The notes beneath the pieces are model-generated. The model searched no databases. It saw only the letters and a program-made list of their open reading frames with translations, and was not told where the DNA came from. The position numbers and the translations under genes were made by a program. DNA of 64,000 bases from the human T2T-CHM13v2.0 reference genome, Homo sapiens, in the NCBI RefSeq assembly GCF_009914755.1, contig NC_060925.1; one strand, written 5' to 3'. Every line of letters begins with the position of its first letter. Within the stretch, counting starts at the first letter, position 1. Shown in pieces: positions 1-14,846 of this stretch.

Positions 1-349
1 CTCCGGATCTGCCCTCTGCCCTCTGAGGGTTAGGATTCATAGTGTGTGACAGTCTTTGCTATTCAGGCCACCTTCTGGGAAGGCCAGTGGCCAGGGGATG
101 GTTTTCATGAGCCCTCAGCAGGGTGCAGAAGCCAGGTGGTTCCCATATCTCATTCCCACTTTTGGTAAACACCTCTCTTATGTTTGCCCTCCTGGGCTTG
201 TTGCTTCTGGTCCCCGGCTCATCACAGCTTCCCAGGGCCCCGGTAGAAACAAGGGTTCACAGTGGGTAACCTCACTGTGCTGCAACTGGAACCTGGCTTG
301 CAGGATTTCAGGACCTTTGGTTGAGTGGTTTTAGAAAAGGCTACTCAGG

Positions 350-678
<329 letters not shown>

Positions 679-1261
679 TCAGGCTGAAGTGCCCTCAGGC
701 CTTGGAAAAGAAATGAAATTTCAAACAAATTATTTTCTACCTAGCCTTTTTCTTTTAACTTCAGAAGGGTTATCTGGACGACTGGTATTTACATACAAAA
801 AATAGTTAAAAGTCTTTTTAAACCACAGACAATATAGGTTTCACTGGACTCATTTTTCAAGATACGAAATTGTTGAATTGTTTTCCTTTGGTAATTGAAG
901 CCAGAATTCAGTGTTTTCTCTAACTTCTTTTCGGATTCTTTGCTCTCTGGAGAACGTTTTGCCTGCTTTGCAAGGGGGTATGAGTAGTGCGTGTGCCTGA
1001 GGGCCTCTCTCTGCCCCCTCCTAACGCCTGGCCACCCTGTTCCGACTGCTGCCCCTGCCGGTCGGGCCCGGACACTGCAGGGAGCCTCACATCCTCGGAT
1101 GACGGATTCCTTCTGTACATCTCATCACATCCTTTTCTACTGGCTTCAACTTGCATGGCCTCTGTCTTGAAGAAAGAAAGAAAAAAATGAAATGTTTCTT
1201 CTGCCTTCCTGTCATTTTACGCATTTTACGCTGATATACTTGTAGGCAAAGGGAATTGAAA

Positions 1262-1420
1262 GGGCATGCACTTTGGAACGAGACAAGCCTCAGTTCAAAT
1301 CCGGGCTTTGGGAAACCATGATCCGGGAGTTCTGGGGCAAAGTAAGGCTTTCTGAGCTTTAGCTGTATTATTGGTAAAATGGGAATAGTACCGATCTCCT
1401 AGGGTTATAGTGTTAAATGC
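1262..1420 (+). mobile_element. MIR fragment
   Basis: Degenerate core gttcaaatcc…gggcaa…gtaaaatgggaatagtac…ctagggtt. Confidence 0.6.
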
Positions 1421-2159
1421 CTCCCTTCCTTTCTTTACTCTGACTTCTTCCACCACCACCTCATGGTCCCTGCTTCCATTCCTCCCTTCCTTGCAAGCTT
1501 CCGGAATTCTTTGTACCCCGGGCAGCAATAGCCCTTTTGGAGCTCCCCGCAATTGGCAAGAGCAAGTCACTGTGTGAGCAAGTCTTGGGCTCTGTTATCT
1601 TCAGATGCTCAAGTCAGGAAATAGGGGGCTAGAGGTCATTGTGCTCATTTCCCCAGAGATTATCAATGCCACCCCCACCCCTTTTAGGAGATGGCATGTG
1701 CCATGATCGTAGCTCAGTGGGATCCTTAATGCCTAGTGATCTCGGCTTAACAGGACAAAGATTCCAAGCCCATGTCTGTTCTGGGAAGCAAAGCAGGATG
1801 TGTGGGCCTGGAGTGAAGTTTGTTCCATTTCTTGCCATAGGCCATGGTATGATTACAGCTGTGCCTAGTGCTGCCTAGTTTTACTTTCATGCCTGATTTG
1901 CAATGTGGCAGGGTCCTGAGATGAGAGCTCTGTGTGGGCCAGTAGAGTCAAGAGACTTTGTCCTGGTCACTTGGCTACTTGCAGGGGGTTCTGGAAAGTC
2001 AAGTTCTCTGAATCTCAGTTGCCTTTAATATAAAAGGAAAGCTATAGTTTCGGGTCTGATTGATTCACATGGTTTTGGTCGGGAGTGAATGAAATTAATG
2101 TAAATTAAAACACATTATGAGTAGCAAAGTGCTATGCAATCTAAAAATAATAACATTTT

Positions 2160-2370
2160 AATCACTCTTATCATCATATGTGCCAGGCACTGTTCTAAGC
2201 TGTCTACAAATAGTAACTCATTTAGTTGAATGCTCACAACCACCTTATGAGAGAGCTACTGTTAATATCACCACTTTACTGATGGGGAAACTGAGGCACA
2301 GAGAGGTTAAGTAACTTGTGGAAGGTCACACAACCAGCAAGTGGTACAATCAGGGTTTGAACCAGTCAAT
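2160..2370 (-). mobile_element. MIR
   Basis: tttactgatggggaaactgaggcacagagaggttaagtaacttg, the antisense MIR core. Confidence 0.8.
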
Positions 2371-3032
2371 GAGGAGTCAGCATTTGTTATTGTTCCTATT
2401 CCTATAGCATAGCTGGGAAGGGAATGCAATGCTGGTTTGGAGAACACATCAAGCAGGCCTCCTGTCATCCACTGAGTGAGATGAGATGATGGCCATACAC
2501 TGCGGCACAGCCAGCTATCCATGGTCTGCAGCAACAGATCAGTCTTGCAGGGACATGGATAGCTCCGCTAGTGAACATTCACATGTTCAACGAATAGCTA
2601 GAGTAAATAGTTGGATCTCATTTAGAGGCATGCTCTGGCATTCCTCTTTCACGTCATTTGCTTTCCAGGCCCACTCCAGGATGAGAGTACTGAGGTGCCA
2701 TAAAAGACCAACAGGCAAGATGTTGGAGGGTTCAGGAGCTGCCAAGGTTGTGTTCATGCTGACCTGTTGGCATAGCGTACAGCAGTGCCAGCTGCTCTGC
2801 TAAACCGAGGAGCTGAGATGCTGTGTTGATTTCTACATGTTCCAGGCAAATACTTCCTGAGGATTGTCAGGATTTACATAATGGATTGGCCCTGGGACCA
2901 CTGAGCCAGCATCTATCTTTGACAGGTGTACTGAGAGATGACCTTTAAACCTAGGGATGTTCTCCAGATGCAGTTCCAGCTGGGCCAGTAAGATCTGCAT
3001 GTTTATGGTGCTGTTTTTTCTTTTCTTCCCAG

Positions 3033-4012
3033 GCAGCCGGGATTGCTTACCACCTGCAGCGTGCTTTCGGAGGCGGCGGCTGGCACGGAGGCCGGGCTAC
3101 ATGAGAAGCTCGACAGGGCCTGGGATCGGGTTCCTTTCCCCAGCAGTGGGCACACTGTTCCGGTTCCCAGGAGGGGTGTCTGGCGAGGAGTCCCACCACT
3201 CGGAGTCCAGGGCCAGACAGTGTGGCCTTGACTCGAGAGGCCTCTTGGTCCGGAGCCCTGTTTCCAAGAGTGCAGCAGCCCCTACTGTGACCTCTGTGAG
3301 AGGAACCTCGGCGCACTTTGGGATTCAGCTCAGAGGTGGCACCAGATTGCCTGACAGGCTTAGCTGGCCGTGTGGCCCTGGGAGTGCTGGGTGGCAGCAA
3401 GAGTTTGCAGCCATGGATAGTTCTGAGACCCTGGACGCCAGCTGGGAGGCAGCCTGCAGCGATGGAGCAAGGCGTGTCCGGGCAGCAGGCTCTCTGCCAT
3501 CAGCAGAGTTGAGTAGCAACAGCTGCAGCCCTGGCTGTGGCCCTGAGGTCCCCCCAACCCCTCCTGGCTCTCACAGTGCCTTTACCTCAAGCTTTAGCTT
3601 TATTCGGCTCTCGCTTGGCTCTGCCGGGGAACGTGGAGAAGCAGAAGGCTGCCCACCATCCAGAGAGGCTGAGTCCCATTGCCAGAGCCCCCAGGAGATG
3701 GGAGCCAAAGCTGCCAGCTTGGACGGGCCTCACGAGGACCCGCGATGTCTCTCTCAGCCCTTCAGTCTCTTGGCTACACGGGTCTCTGCAGACTTGGCCC
3801 AGGCCGCAAGGAACAGCTCCAGGCCAGAGCGTGACATGCATTCTTTACCAGACATGGACCCTGGCTCCTCCAGTTCTCTGGATCCCTCACTGGCTGGCTG
3901 TGGTGGTGATGGGAGCAGCGGCTCAGGGGATGCCCACTCTTGGGACACCCTGCTCAGGAAATGGGAGCCAGTGCTGCGGGACTGCCTGCTGAGAAACCGG
4001 AGGCAGATGGAG
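3033..4012 (+). CDS. DISC1: DISC1 exon 2 (980 nt; residues G23-E349; disordered N-terminal head with RRRR nuclear-localisation motif and SF-rich motif)
   Basis: Pyrimidine tract plus AG at 3031-3032; donor GAG|GTCAGT at 4013. Translation GSRDCLPPAACFRRRRLARRPGYMRS...SAFTSSFSFIRLSLG...WEPVLRDCLLRNRRQME matches human DISC1 as I recall it. RRRR is at 3068-3079 and the SF-rich motif at 3575-3619. Confidence 0.98.
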
Positions 4013-4770
4013 GTCAGTGTCTCTTCCACCTCTGTGGCCCGAGATTGTCGTGAGCTCAGATTAGCACTGGGCAGACGGCAGGAAACGAGGGGTTCTGGGC
4101 TCAACTGACTTCCTCCTGGAAGCTGCAGCAGCTCCTTTTGGAGCCGGCTGCACAGGATGTTGCTGCACTTCTGTCTCTTTGAATTGGACACAGATCTACT
4201 CTCCTTTTTGTCTTCTCTGTCACTTAGGTGCTCAGATTTGCTCTCCATTGGGCCGCAGGCTCCTCTGCAGGCCCCGGCTTAGGTGAGACGTGGTTCATGC
4301 AGCCCAGCTCTGCTTTGAGACAGGAAACTGGGGGCAGGGGAGATTGAGCTGGGTGATGTTTGGAAGGACTTGAGAGATACAAAAATGGGGATGCCCTCTA
4401 TCAGGGCGATCCTGCTCTTCATCCGCTTCACTCATTCCCTTCCATCCTGCTGCAGTGGCTGCTGCCTTCCACAGGGTCGGGAGACTTCGCTTCTGGTCAT
4501 TGAACCTCTTTGGCTCTCAGTTTCCGTATTTAGAGATAACACCAACTCATAGGATTGTTCTAAGGCTCAAATGAGAATGTAGCTGCTTTGGAAATAAGTA
4601 CAAACTGGAGACATCTAAGGCCCAGCCTTATGATGATGCTGTCCATCCAGTTATCTGAGAGGTGGGTATAGCCGGAAGTAGGTAGGGTTCCTCTACCCAC
4701 AAAAGTTCCCAGAGAAGCCCAGGTAGAGATGCTCTGTGGCTCATCTGTTGCCAGACTGTATTTTAATCCT

Positions 4771-4951
4771 GGTGTGTGTGTGCATATGTGTTTGTGTGTG
4801 TATGTGTGTGCATGTAGGTGTGCCTGTGTGTGCGTGTGTGTGTGCATGTTTGTGCTGTGTGTTCATGTGTGTGTGTGCATGCATGTGCGAGTGTATTTGT
4901 GTGTGTGCACTCATGTGTTTCTGCGTGTGGTGTGTGGATATGTTCATGTGG
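4771..4951. repeat. Degenerate (GT)n / TG-rich microsatellite
   Basis: About 180 bp of interrupted GT dinucleotides; it produces spurious Val/Cys and His/Thr ORFs. Confidence 0.9.
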
Positions 4952-5778
4952 GTAGGGAAGTGGAGCACCCACTCATCAGGCATTTGGGAGGAGTAATCTG
5001 CAGAAGTTCATGCTCATTCCCCGAAAGAGCATCTCCCATCTGTTCTTTATCTATAGTCTGATGTTTCTAGCCCTGTCCCTGTTTGCCCTGTTTCAGCCCT
5101 CAGGGACCTCAGCCCAGCCCTCTGATTTATTATGCAGAGAGGGAGTGAGGTCAGAGCACAGATGCAGGCTTGTATTCTGGGTGATGTGTGGAGTCTTCCA
5201 GTTAGTCATTGCCTAAACCAGTGCCCCTTGTCTTTCCCCCAAACCCGTTCTGAAGGGCCTCCAATATTGGTTGATTTGAATGCATAGAATCTATCCAGTT
5301 TCTTAGGCCAGAAACCACAACCATCTTCCACACCTCCCTCTCCCTTGTTCCACATCTGGCTGGCCTCCAAGCCCTCTCAGTCCTACTGCTAATCTGTCTC
5401 TCATCACCATGGCCGCTGCCCTGGCTCAGATCCTTGTTATCTTTCACCTGGGTTTTGCAAGAGGGTCTACCTTCCTGCGGTGTTTCTCTTCTCCAGTTAA
5501 TTAAACTAAATGTGATCATATGTGCAAAGTGCTTCAGACAGGGCCTGGCATCTAGCAAGTACCCAGAAATTAACCATTGTCATCATTAGAGAAATAGCTC
5601 CAATTTAGAGAGTTTGAGTCAAAAGCAAATGAAGCTCTCCCTTCTGTCCATAGCTCAAATTAAATTCCTATCTTATCTCAAATGGTAGAATCTGGACACA
5701 CTTTTTCTTTAGTGTAAGTATTGTTGTCTATGGCAGTCCCACAGCTGGGCAGGGAAAAACATGACACTCTCTTCAATT

Positions 5779-6130
5779 ACACTCATGTACTGCATAATGA
5801 CATTTTGGCCAATGACGGATCACATATATGATGTGACAGTGGTCCTGTGAGATTATCGTACTGTGTTTTTGTTGTACCCTTTCTATGTTCAGATATGTTT
5901 AGATACAACAATACCTTACCATTGTGTGACACTTGTCTGCAGTATTCAGTACAGTCACATGCTGCACAGGTTTGTAGCCAAGGAGCAATAGACTATTCCA
6001 TCTAGCCTAGGTGTGTAATGGGCTACACCATCCAGATTTGTGTAAGCACACTCTACGATGTTCACACAATGATGAAGTCACCTAATAATGCATTTCTCAG
6101 AATGCATCCCTGTCATTAAGTAACGCTAGG
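5779..6130. mobile_element. Tigger3a/MER7A-like DNA transposon (TcMar-Tigger)
   Basis: catgtactgcataatgacattttggccaatgacggatcacatatatga…tttctcagaatgcatccctgtcattaagtaacgc resembles the Tigger3a consensus. Confidence 0.75.
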
Positions 6131-6537
6131 CTGTACTTGAGTATCTGTTGTGTGACAGCGGAATTAACAGAGTAGTGGGAATGACAGAAATAACACAGTC
6201 CAGGGCATAGGACTTACAGGAAGGCAGAGTTTGCCTCAATAGGAGGAAGAACCTCTTGACAGTGGGAATTGTCTGTGATGAGGTGGGCTGGTCAGGGACT
6301 TGTTTTCCCATGGTGCTTACACAGAGGCCCCAGACTGCTCACTGGGGTTGCGGCTGAGGCCTTCGGGACAGGGCAGAAGGTCGGTGAAGGATCTCCAAAA
6401 AGATCCTTTGAAAGAGTAGGATTTCTAGTGTTTGGGGGCCTTATTGATATTATATTTTAATTCCTTAACCTCCTCTCGCTTCTACTTAAGTAAAAATGAG
6501 AATCTCAGGAATTTAAGTTTCAGCTTCTTCTAAAAGA

Positions 6538-7511
<974 letters not shown>

Positions 7512-8659
7512 TGAATATTTTATGCTGTTTAGAAATCGCTGCTTAGCGAGATTTCCAGGGGTTGCATGGGACTGAGAAGATGGTAATAAAGGTAGTTGGT
7601 GACCAGGCATGCAGAGGAGGGGAAGTGGAGTGGGCCCTGCAAGGTAGGCTCCACCTAAGGCCATGGAAACTGGTGAAAAATGAAGGACTCTGCCTGTAGA
7701 GTATTATAGGACGTTCCACAGGCAGGGTTGTGGCACAGTGCAAGACATGGCCACTGGGGCTGTGCCTCCAGCAAAGACGGGTATTCAGACATATCTCAGG
7801 GCAGTCCATTCAGGGCCTTAGAGATCACTGGACGAGGTGGGCATCGTGGGGTGGGCTTTGGCTGTAAATGAATTTTTTTCCTGACCTTGTTTCCTGCATT
7901 TCTTCAGCTTCTGTTCTAATAAATGTTTAATGATACCATCATTTGGGTGTGGCGATGGTAATGCTATAGCTTTATGTGGCCCTCAAACCATTCACACAGC
8001 CTTTCTTCTGTCCCTAATATATAGGACTAAGTTACTGGTAAACTTTGCAGTTGTAATATAGAACAATTCAAAGACAAAGGGGTTAATATGATTATTCATT
8101 CATTCTTTCATTCATTCAGAAAGCATTTATCAATGACAACGAGTACAATGCCTTATCCTAGGCTTTGGAGATTGTATTAGGACAGGCTAGTAACAGGCAC
8201 TACGTTAGAGGCTCAACACAACAAAATTGTGTTTTTTGCGTATGCTTCATGTTCCACAGAGATTTTTGGGGGGCAAGAACCCAGCCTGCACCATCTGAAC
8301 ATATGATCCCCTTAGTCACAGACTTGAGGAAGAGAATGTTAGGGAGTCCTACAAGAGTGATCAAATGCTTCAGCGTAGAGGTAACCCCATCACTGCCATT
8401 CATACCCTGTTCAGCAGAACAAGGAGAGAGGCACTTGTACTCTTTCCATGTGCCCAAAGCAGTGGAAAATCAAGTCAGTGTAAGTACTAGCATCCTATAC
8501 ATGGATGCAAAATAGTTCTTGCCCCCCAGATGCTCAAGGTTGAATGATGTGCACAGATAAAACCAAACAAAGGAAAATGATGGCTATAACCTGGTGCAAT
8601 AAGTACTCCATTCTTCCAGTGGGTCAGAAAAAAAAACCCAAAAAACAAAAAACAAAACA

Positions 8660-9985
8660 AACCTTGGCATCATCCTGGTGCATTTTCCTCAGACCCCACC
8701 TGTGATGTATTAGCAAATCCTGTTGGCTCTATATTTAACCAGCGGTCTTCTGAATATAACCGGAATCAGATCACATCTCACCATCTTCACCATTGCCACC
8801 ATCCTCACTATCATCCAAGCTCCTGTCATCTCCTTCCTGAATGTTCCCATAGCCTCTTACCTGGCCTCCCTTCTTCTGCTCTTACTAACAGCAGCCAGAG
8901 TGAAACTGTTTAAAACATAAGTCAGATCATGTGCTCCTCTGCCCCAAACTCTCCAGTGGCGCCCCATGAACTTCAGAGTAAAATCAGAACTTTTAAATGG
9001 TCTTCATGTCTCTTCTTGACACAGTCCTCATTACCTGTGTGACCTCATTCTCTACAGTTTTCCCTTCCATCAATCTGCCCCAGATCCAGTGGCATTCTTG
9101 CTCCCTCTTGCTTTTCATTTCACTTTCACTTCTTGCTTTCTTACCAGAAACACTTCTGCCTGAGCCTTTGTACTGGCTCTTCCCTCTGTGGGAATATTTT
9201 TCTCCCAGACAGCCTCGTGGTTCACTCCCTTACCACTTTTAAATCTTTGTGTAAATGTCACCATCTCAAGGAGATCAGATTTCAAATTGCAACCTCTACC
9301 CTCTACCAGCATCCCTGATCCCCATAACGTGGTTCTCCCTTTTCCTTTTTCATAGCATTAATCACTTGCTAAGGTGCCATAAAACTTACAGTTGACCATT
9401 GAACAACACGGGTTTGAGCTGCAAGGGTCACTTATATGCAGATTCTCTTCCACCTCTGCCACCTCTGAGACAGCAAGAACAACCTCTCTTCCTCCTCCTC
9501 CTCAGCCTACTCAAGATGAAGATGATCCACTTTCACTTAATGAATAGGAAATTTATTTTCTGTTTTTTATGATGTTTTTCGTCATCTAGTCAATGCTGAA
9601 TTTTTTTCTCAATGATTTTTAAATAACATTTTCTTTTTTCCACTTTACTTTTATTGTAAGAATGCATATATAATACATATAACAAACAAAATATGTGTTA
9701 ATCAACTGTTTATGTTTTTGGTAAGGTCTCTGGTCAACAGTAGACTATTAGTAGTTAAGTTTTGGGGAAGTCAAAAGTTATACACAGATTTTCAACTGTA
9801 TAGGGCCGGGGTTGGTTCCCATAATCCCCGTTGTTCAAGGGCCGACTGTATTATGTTTTTGCCTAGAATGTAAGTCTGGAGGGCTAAGCATTTTATGATG
9901 TATCCTTGTTACATCAACACAATACAAACAGGGCCTGATAACTAAGAGGCACTCAGTAAATATTTGTTGAATGGGTCTATGAATA
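8660..9985 (+). mobile_element. L2 3' portion, split by a Tigger insertion
   Basis: agcaaatcctgttggctcta…aaatgtcacc… and terminal ctagaatgtaag…ggcactcagtaaatatttgttgaatg. Confidence 0.75.
9389..9848. mobile_element. Tigger2a-like DNA transposon
   Basis: TIRs CAGTTGACCATTGAACAAC / GTTGTTCAAGGGCCGACTG with TA on both sides. Confidence 0.85.
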
Positions 9986-10207
9986 GAAGAAGCAAGTACA
10001 GGTCACAATGGAGGTATAGAGGAGGGACATTTAACACAGACTGGAGGAGACGACACTTGTGCTAGGGGTTGAAGGAAATGTAGGTGTGAGCCAGGCAAAG
10101 AATGGGAGGAAGATGTTTTTCAGGGATCAAGCCCAAATCCATTCATTGGTAGGCCAAGAATTCATTGTCAGTAAATCTTTGGGTCTCCTGTTGAGAAGAA
10201 CAATGAT

Positions 10208-10559
10208 TGTATTAGTCAGTTCTCATGCTGCTAATAAAGACGTACCCAAGTCTGGGTAATTTATAAAGAAAAAGAGGTTTAACGGACTCACAGTTCTACA
10301 TGGCTGGGGAAGCCTCACAATCATGGTGGAAGGCAAAGGAGGAGAAAGGCACATCTTACACAGTGGCAGGCAAGAGGGCGCTTGTGCAGGGGAACTCCCT
10401 TTTATAAAACCATCAGATCTCATGAGACATATTCATTATCATGAGAACAGCATGGGAAAGACCCACCCCCATGATTCAATTACCTCCCACGACATGCGGG
10501 AATTATGGGAGCTACAATTCAAGATGAGATTTGGGTGGGGACACAGCCAAACCATATCA
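10208..10559 (-). mobile_element. THE1-type MaLR solo LTR
   Basis: TGTATTAGTC…CCAAACCATATCA; 5-bp TSD ATGAT at 10203-10207 and 10560-10564. Confidence 0.92.
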
Positions 10560-11157
10560 ATGATGCTAAATCAACCCATTGGTAACACTCAGAGAAGTAA
10601 CTGGATCACTGAGTCTCCATGTGGGTTAAATAAGACTGCCCTTTTCTGTAATGGAAAATATTTGAACCTTAGGGCTTCTCAGAAGGGTTTTGTGAGAGCT
10701 TTGCCATCATTCTTACTCAAGCCTTCAGGACAGCCTGCTGAGCTTAAGTTCATGCTCTTTTTCTCTTGGTTTCTCTGCCAATTTTGGTGTGTTTACCTTC
10801 ATAATTTAAATGTGAGGTTTAGAACAGAGACCATTTGGTCAGGAAATTTGTATTCCTTCTCATTATGCATTTCTTCATGCAGATGAGGGCACAGTGTGAT
10901 GTTTTTGTTTAAAATAAAATAACATTTTAACTTTTTATGTGGATGTTATGCTCAAATTACACTTTTTCTTTACATAGATTTTTTTTGGAGAAACTAATGC
11001 ATCTGGCATTGAAAAAATGTGCATTTTTGTTTTTTTTTTAAAAAGAGAATGAAGAAGTTCAGTTTTGAAACAGTTTCTAAATGTTCTTAGTTTTCACAAA
11101 AATGTTTGCTTGAATTCTATTGTAATTTTTTATTTTTTCCCCTTTAAACCAACATAG

Positions 11158-11227
11158 GTAATATCCTTAAGATTAAAACTTCAGAAACTTCAGGAAGATG
11201 CAGTTGAGAATGATGATTATGATAAAG
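11158..11227 (+). CDS. DISC1: DISC1 exon 3 (70 nt; VISLRLKLQKLQEDAVENDDYDK+G; start of coiled-coil region)
   Basis: T-rich tract, then ...AACATAG| acceptor (AG 11156-11157) and donor AAG|GTGAGT at 11228. Continues exon 2 in phase 0 and ends in phase 1. Confidence 0.97.
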
Positions 11228-11476
11228 GTGAGTTTTAATTTGTTTATTGATTGTTTTGTCATCATGTCCCAATTTTCTTTCCATCTTTACTCATATCTAC
11301 CTTTTGAATCCCAAAAGAATTGTACAATCTGTTCCTCTGATCATCTCTACCAGGGAATAGTTGACTCTTTTACAGCATTATTGTTTTGTAGATTTCAAAG
11401 TACTTCATGAACATTAATCCTTTGGGTTATAAATATAACCTTATCAATTGTCCAGAAACACTTAGCATACTCACAC

Positions 11477-11482
11477 AATAAA
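11477..11482 (+). terminator. Candidate intronic poly(A) signal for the exon-3 read-through isoform (…DDYDKGEF*, 375 aa)
   Basis: Read-through of the exon 3 donor gives GGT GAG TTT TAA; AATAAA lies about 240 nt further on. Confidence 0.5.
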
Positions 11483-13677
11483 AATTATATTAGCTTGCCA
11501 CCTGTCTGCCCATGGTGTGATGTATCTATAATCCACTTGTTCATAAAAAATATTCGTCTGACACCTATGATATGCTAGGGAATATGGGAGACAATAGGAA
11601 AGTAAGACAGACATGGTATCTGCCCTTGTGATGCCAGTAAACTTAAGCCTTCATGGGGCTCTCTGACTTCATAATTTCCAGAACCAGAGATAGGAAATGA
11701 GGTGAATTTGAGAAATGTCAGACTGTGCCAAAGGGGGTCACATGCATCAAATTTCCACATACATGGCCTAAAATACCCAAGAGAAAAAGAAGTTACAACA
11801 TTAGACCAGAGATAGAGGGACTGATCTGAGGCCAGGAAAACAAACAAACAAAAAAACAAAAAAACCAATTAAAATGAGGCACCAAAATAGAAGTTGGGCT
11901 GCAAGCAGATGAGGGCTGACATGGGGGTTGAATGGGCACAGGGTAGACTGAGTCAAAGGAAAGCTTTCAGGTATGGTTGTCCTGGGAACAATCCTGAAAA
12001 CTTTAGATGCTCATTGCAAGATCTCACACCCATTTCTGCTGGGTGTGGGAAAGAGAAAGGGCTGAAAATGACATGTAGATTCCCCTAGGCACCTACTAAC
12101 TTGATAGATACTCCTGCTATTGAGCAAGTTAGGACACCCAGGATTGGTATGGAAATGGAATGTAGGTTTAAGGATTCTTCTGGAAGCTGGTTAGCTTTAA
12201 GGCATGGGTCTTCAGCATTTAGCCCATGTGACATTCTCATTGTATGTGTCATAGACTGTTGGAATTAGGGCACTATGGGAATAAGATAAGTGATTTCCAA
12301 AAGGAGGTAGAAAATCCTGTTCTAGGAAATGCTGTTGCATGTTCTCATTACCTATCCATTGCAGTTGGGTTTAGAAAGTCACGGGGCATGGGAGGAAGGG
12401 AGAAAGGACTGGAGACAGAGGAGGGACTCTTGACATTCTCCCAGTCCTCCTTCTACAGGCCACTTGATTTCATAATAACACTGGGTGGAGGATGAGTTGC
12501 CTGAGAGAGGAGGCAAGTCGGAGGCAGGGGAAGGCACCCCTCAAGCCCAGCGTCAGTGGCTTCAGCCCGGGCACAGCTGTAGGCAGGGAGAAAATGAGCT
12601 ATTCCTGGGCCAGGGCTCACCCGCTGGATTTCATCTATGAGAGATAATTACAGCTAGTTTTGAAGCTGCCCACTATTGCACAGATTTATTTTTATTACCA
12701 TGAGTTGAGTCCTGGACTCTCTACCTTTAATGACACTGTAACACATAAAGCTTACAATGCAGTGAAAAAGTAGGCCAATCAGGCCCTAGTTTGTCCTCTG
12801 CTCCTGCTTAGGACCTGGTGAACTTTCTAGACTTGGTTCTCTCAATGGCTTCATTAAATGGAGACCTCACTTCTTTAATCTTTTCTCCAAACATTCCGCA
12901 ACACCTAAGGGAATGGGGTTTGAGAGGATACACCTCATCAGGGAAGCTCAAAGAATACAGGCATCTTCTTTAGTGTTTCTGCCTTTTTCTGTTCCTGTTG
13001 GTACCTCACTACTTACTACATCAGAAGTTTCAGGGTGGGCTCAGCATTCTGTGTTTTCCCAAGCCTTCCTGGTGACTGGGGTGTGTCCTGAGGCTTGAGA
13101 AAACACTGGTGCAGAGTTTATGCTAGTGAGCACTAGGCCTGGGGGGCAGCAGCCAGCCAAGCCCTGGAAGAGGGGTTGAGTCTATGGGTTGTGTCCTTCC
13201 TGATCCACCAGAAATCTGTGCAGCAGACAAGCATCCTGGTAGGCACAGGACACACGATTTACATGCCACTCCCCTTGTCTTCTTCCCAATCCCACAGACC
13301 CGATTCAGTGTGTTGAGAGGTAAATGTTCTTGTGGAATATGCACAATGCCTGGCATATAGGAGGCAGGCCCTCAGTAAATGTGGTGTGAGGGAATTAATT
13401 AATAAATGACTTGCCCTCTGAATGCATGGAGGCTATGGATGGCAAGCTAGAGTGAATGAGGGGAAAGCACTCTTGCCACCTGAAGGTGGGCTTAGTTCTC
13501 AGCTCATCTGCAGTGCCCAGGATGGGGGGTGGGAGTGGGTGAAGGGAAAGATCTTTGCATAGAAATTGGCTTATGTGAAAAATATCTATTAAGTATCCAT
13601 CGTATACAACAGCACTTCTCAGACTTTAATGTACTGTGAATAACCTGGGTTGGTAATGGATTAAAATGCAGATTCTG

Positions 13678-14111
<434 letters not shown>

Positions 14112-14131
14112 TCACAACAACGCCGTGTTTA

Positions 14132-14846
<715 letters not shown>

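Noticed and set aside
2957-4108. 383-aa ORF as a standalone gene
   Set aside because: It is DISC1 exon 2 plus intronic flanks; canonical splice sites at 3032/3033 and 4012/4013 explain it.
3047-4248. Antisense and alternative-frame ORFs over exon 2 (117, 151 and 164 aa)
   Set aside because: Expected shadows of a GC-rich coding exon; no recognisable product.
4729-5061. Cys/Val- and His/Thr-rich ORFs
   Set aside because: Products of the (GT)n low-complexity tract.
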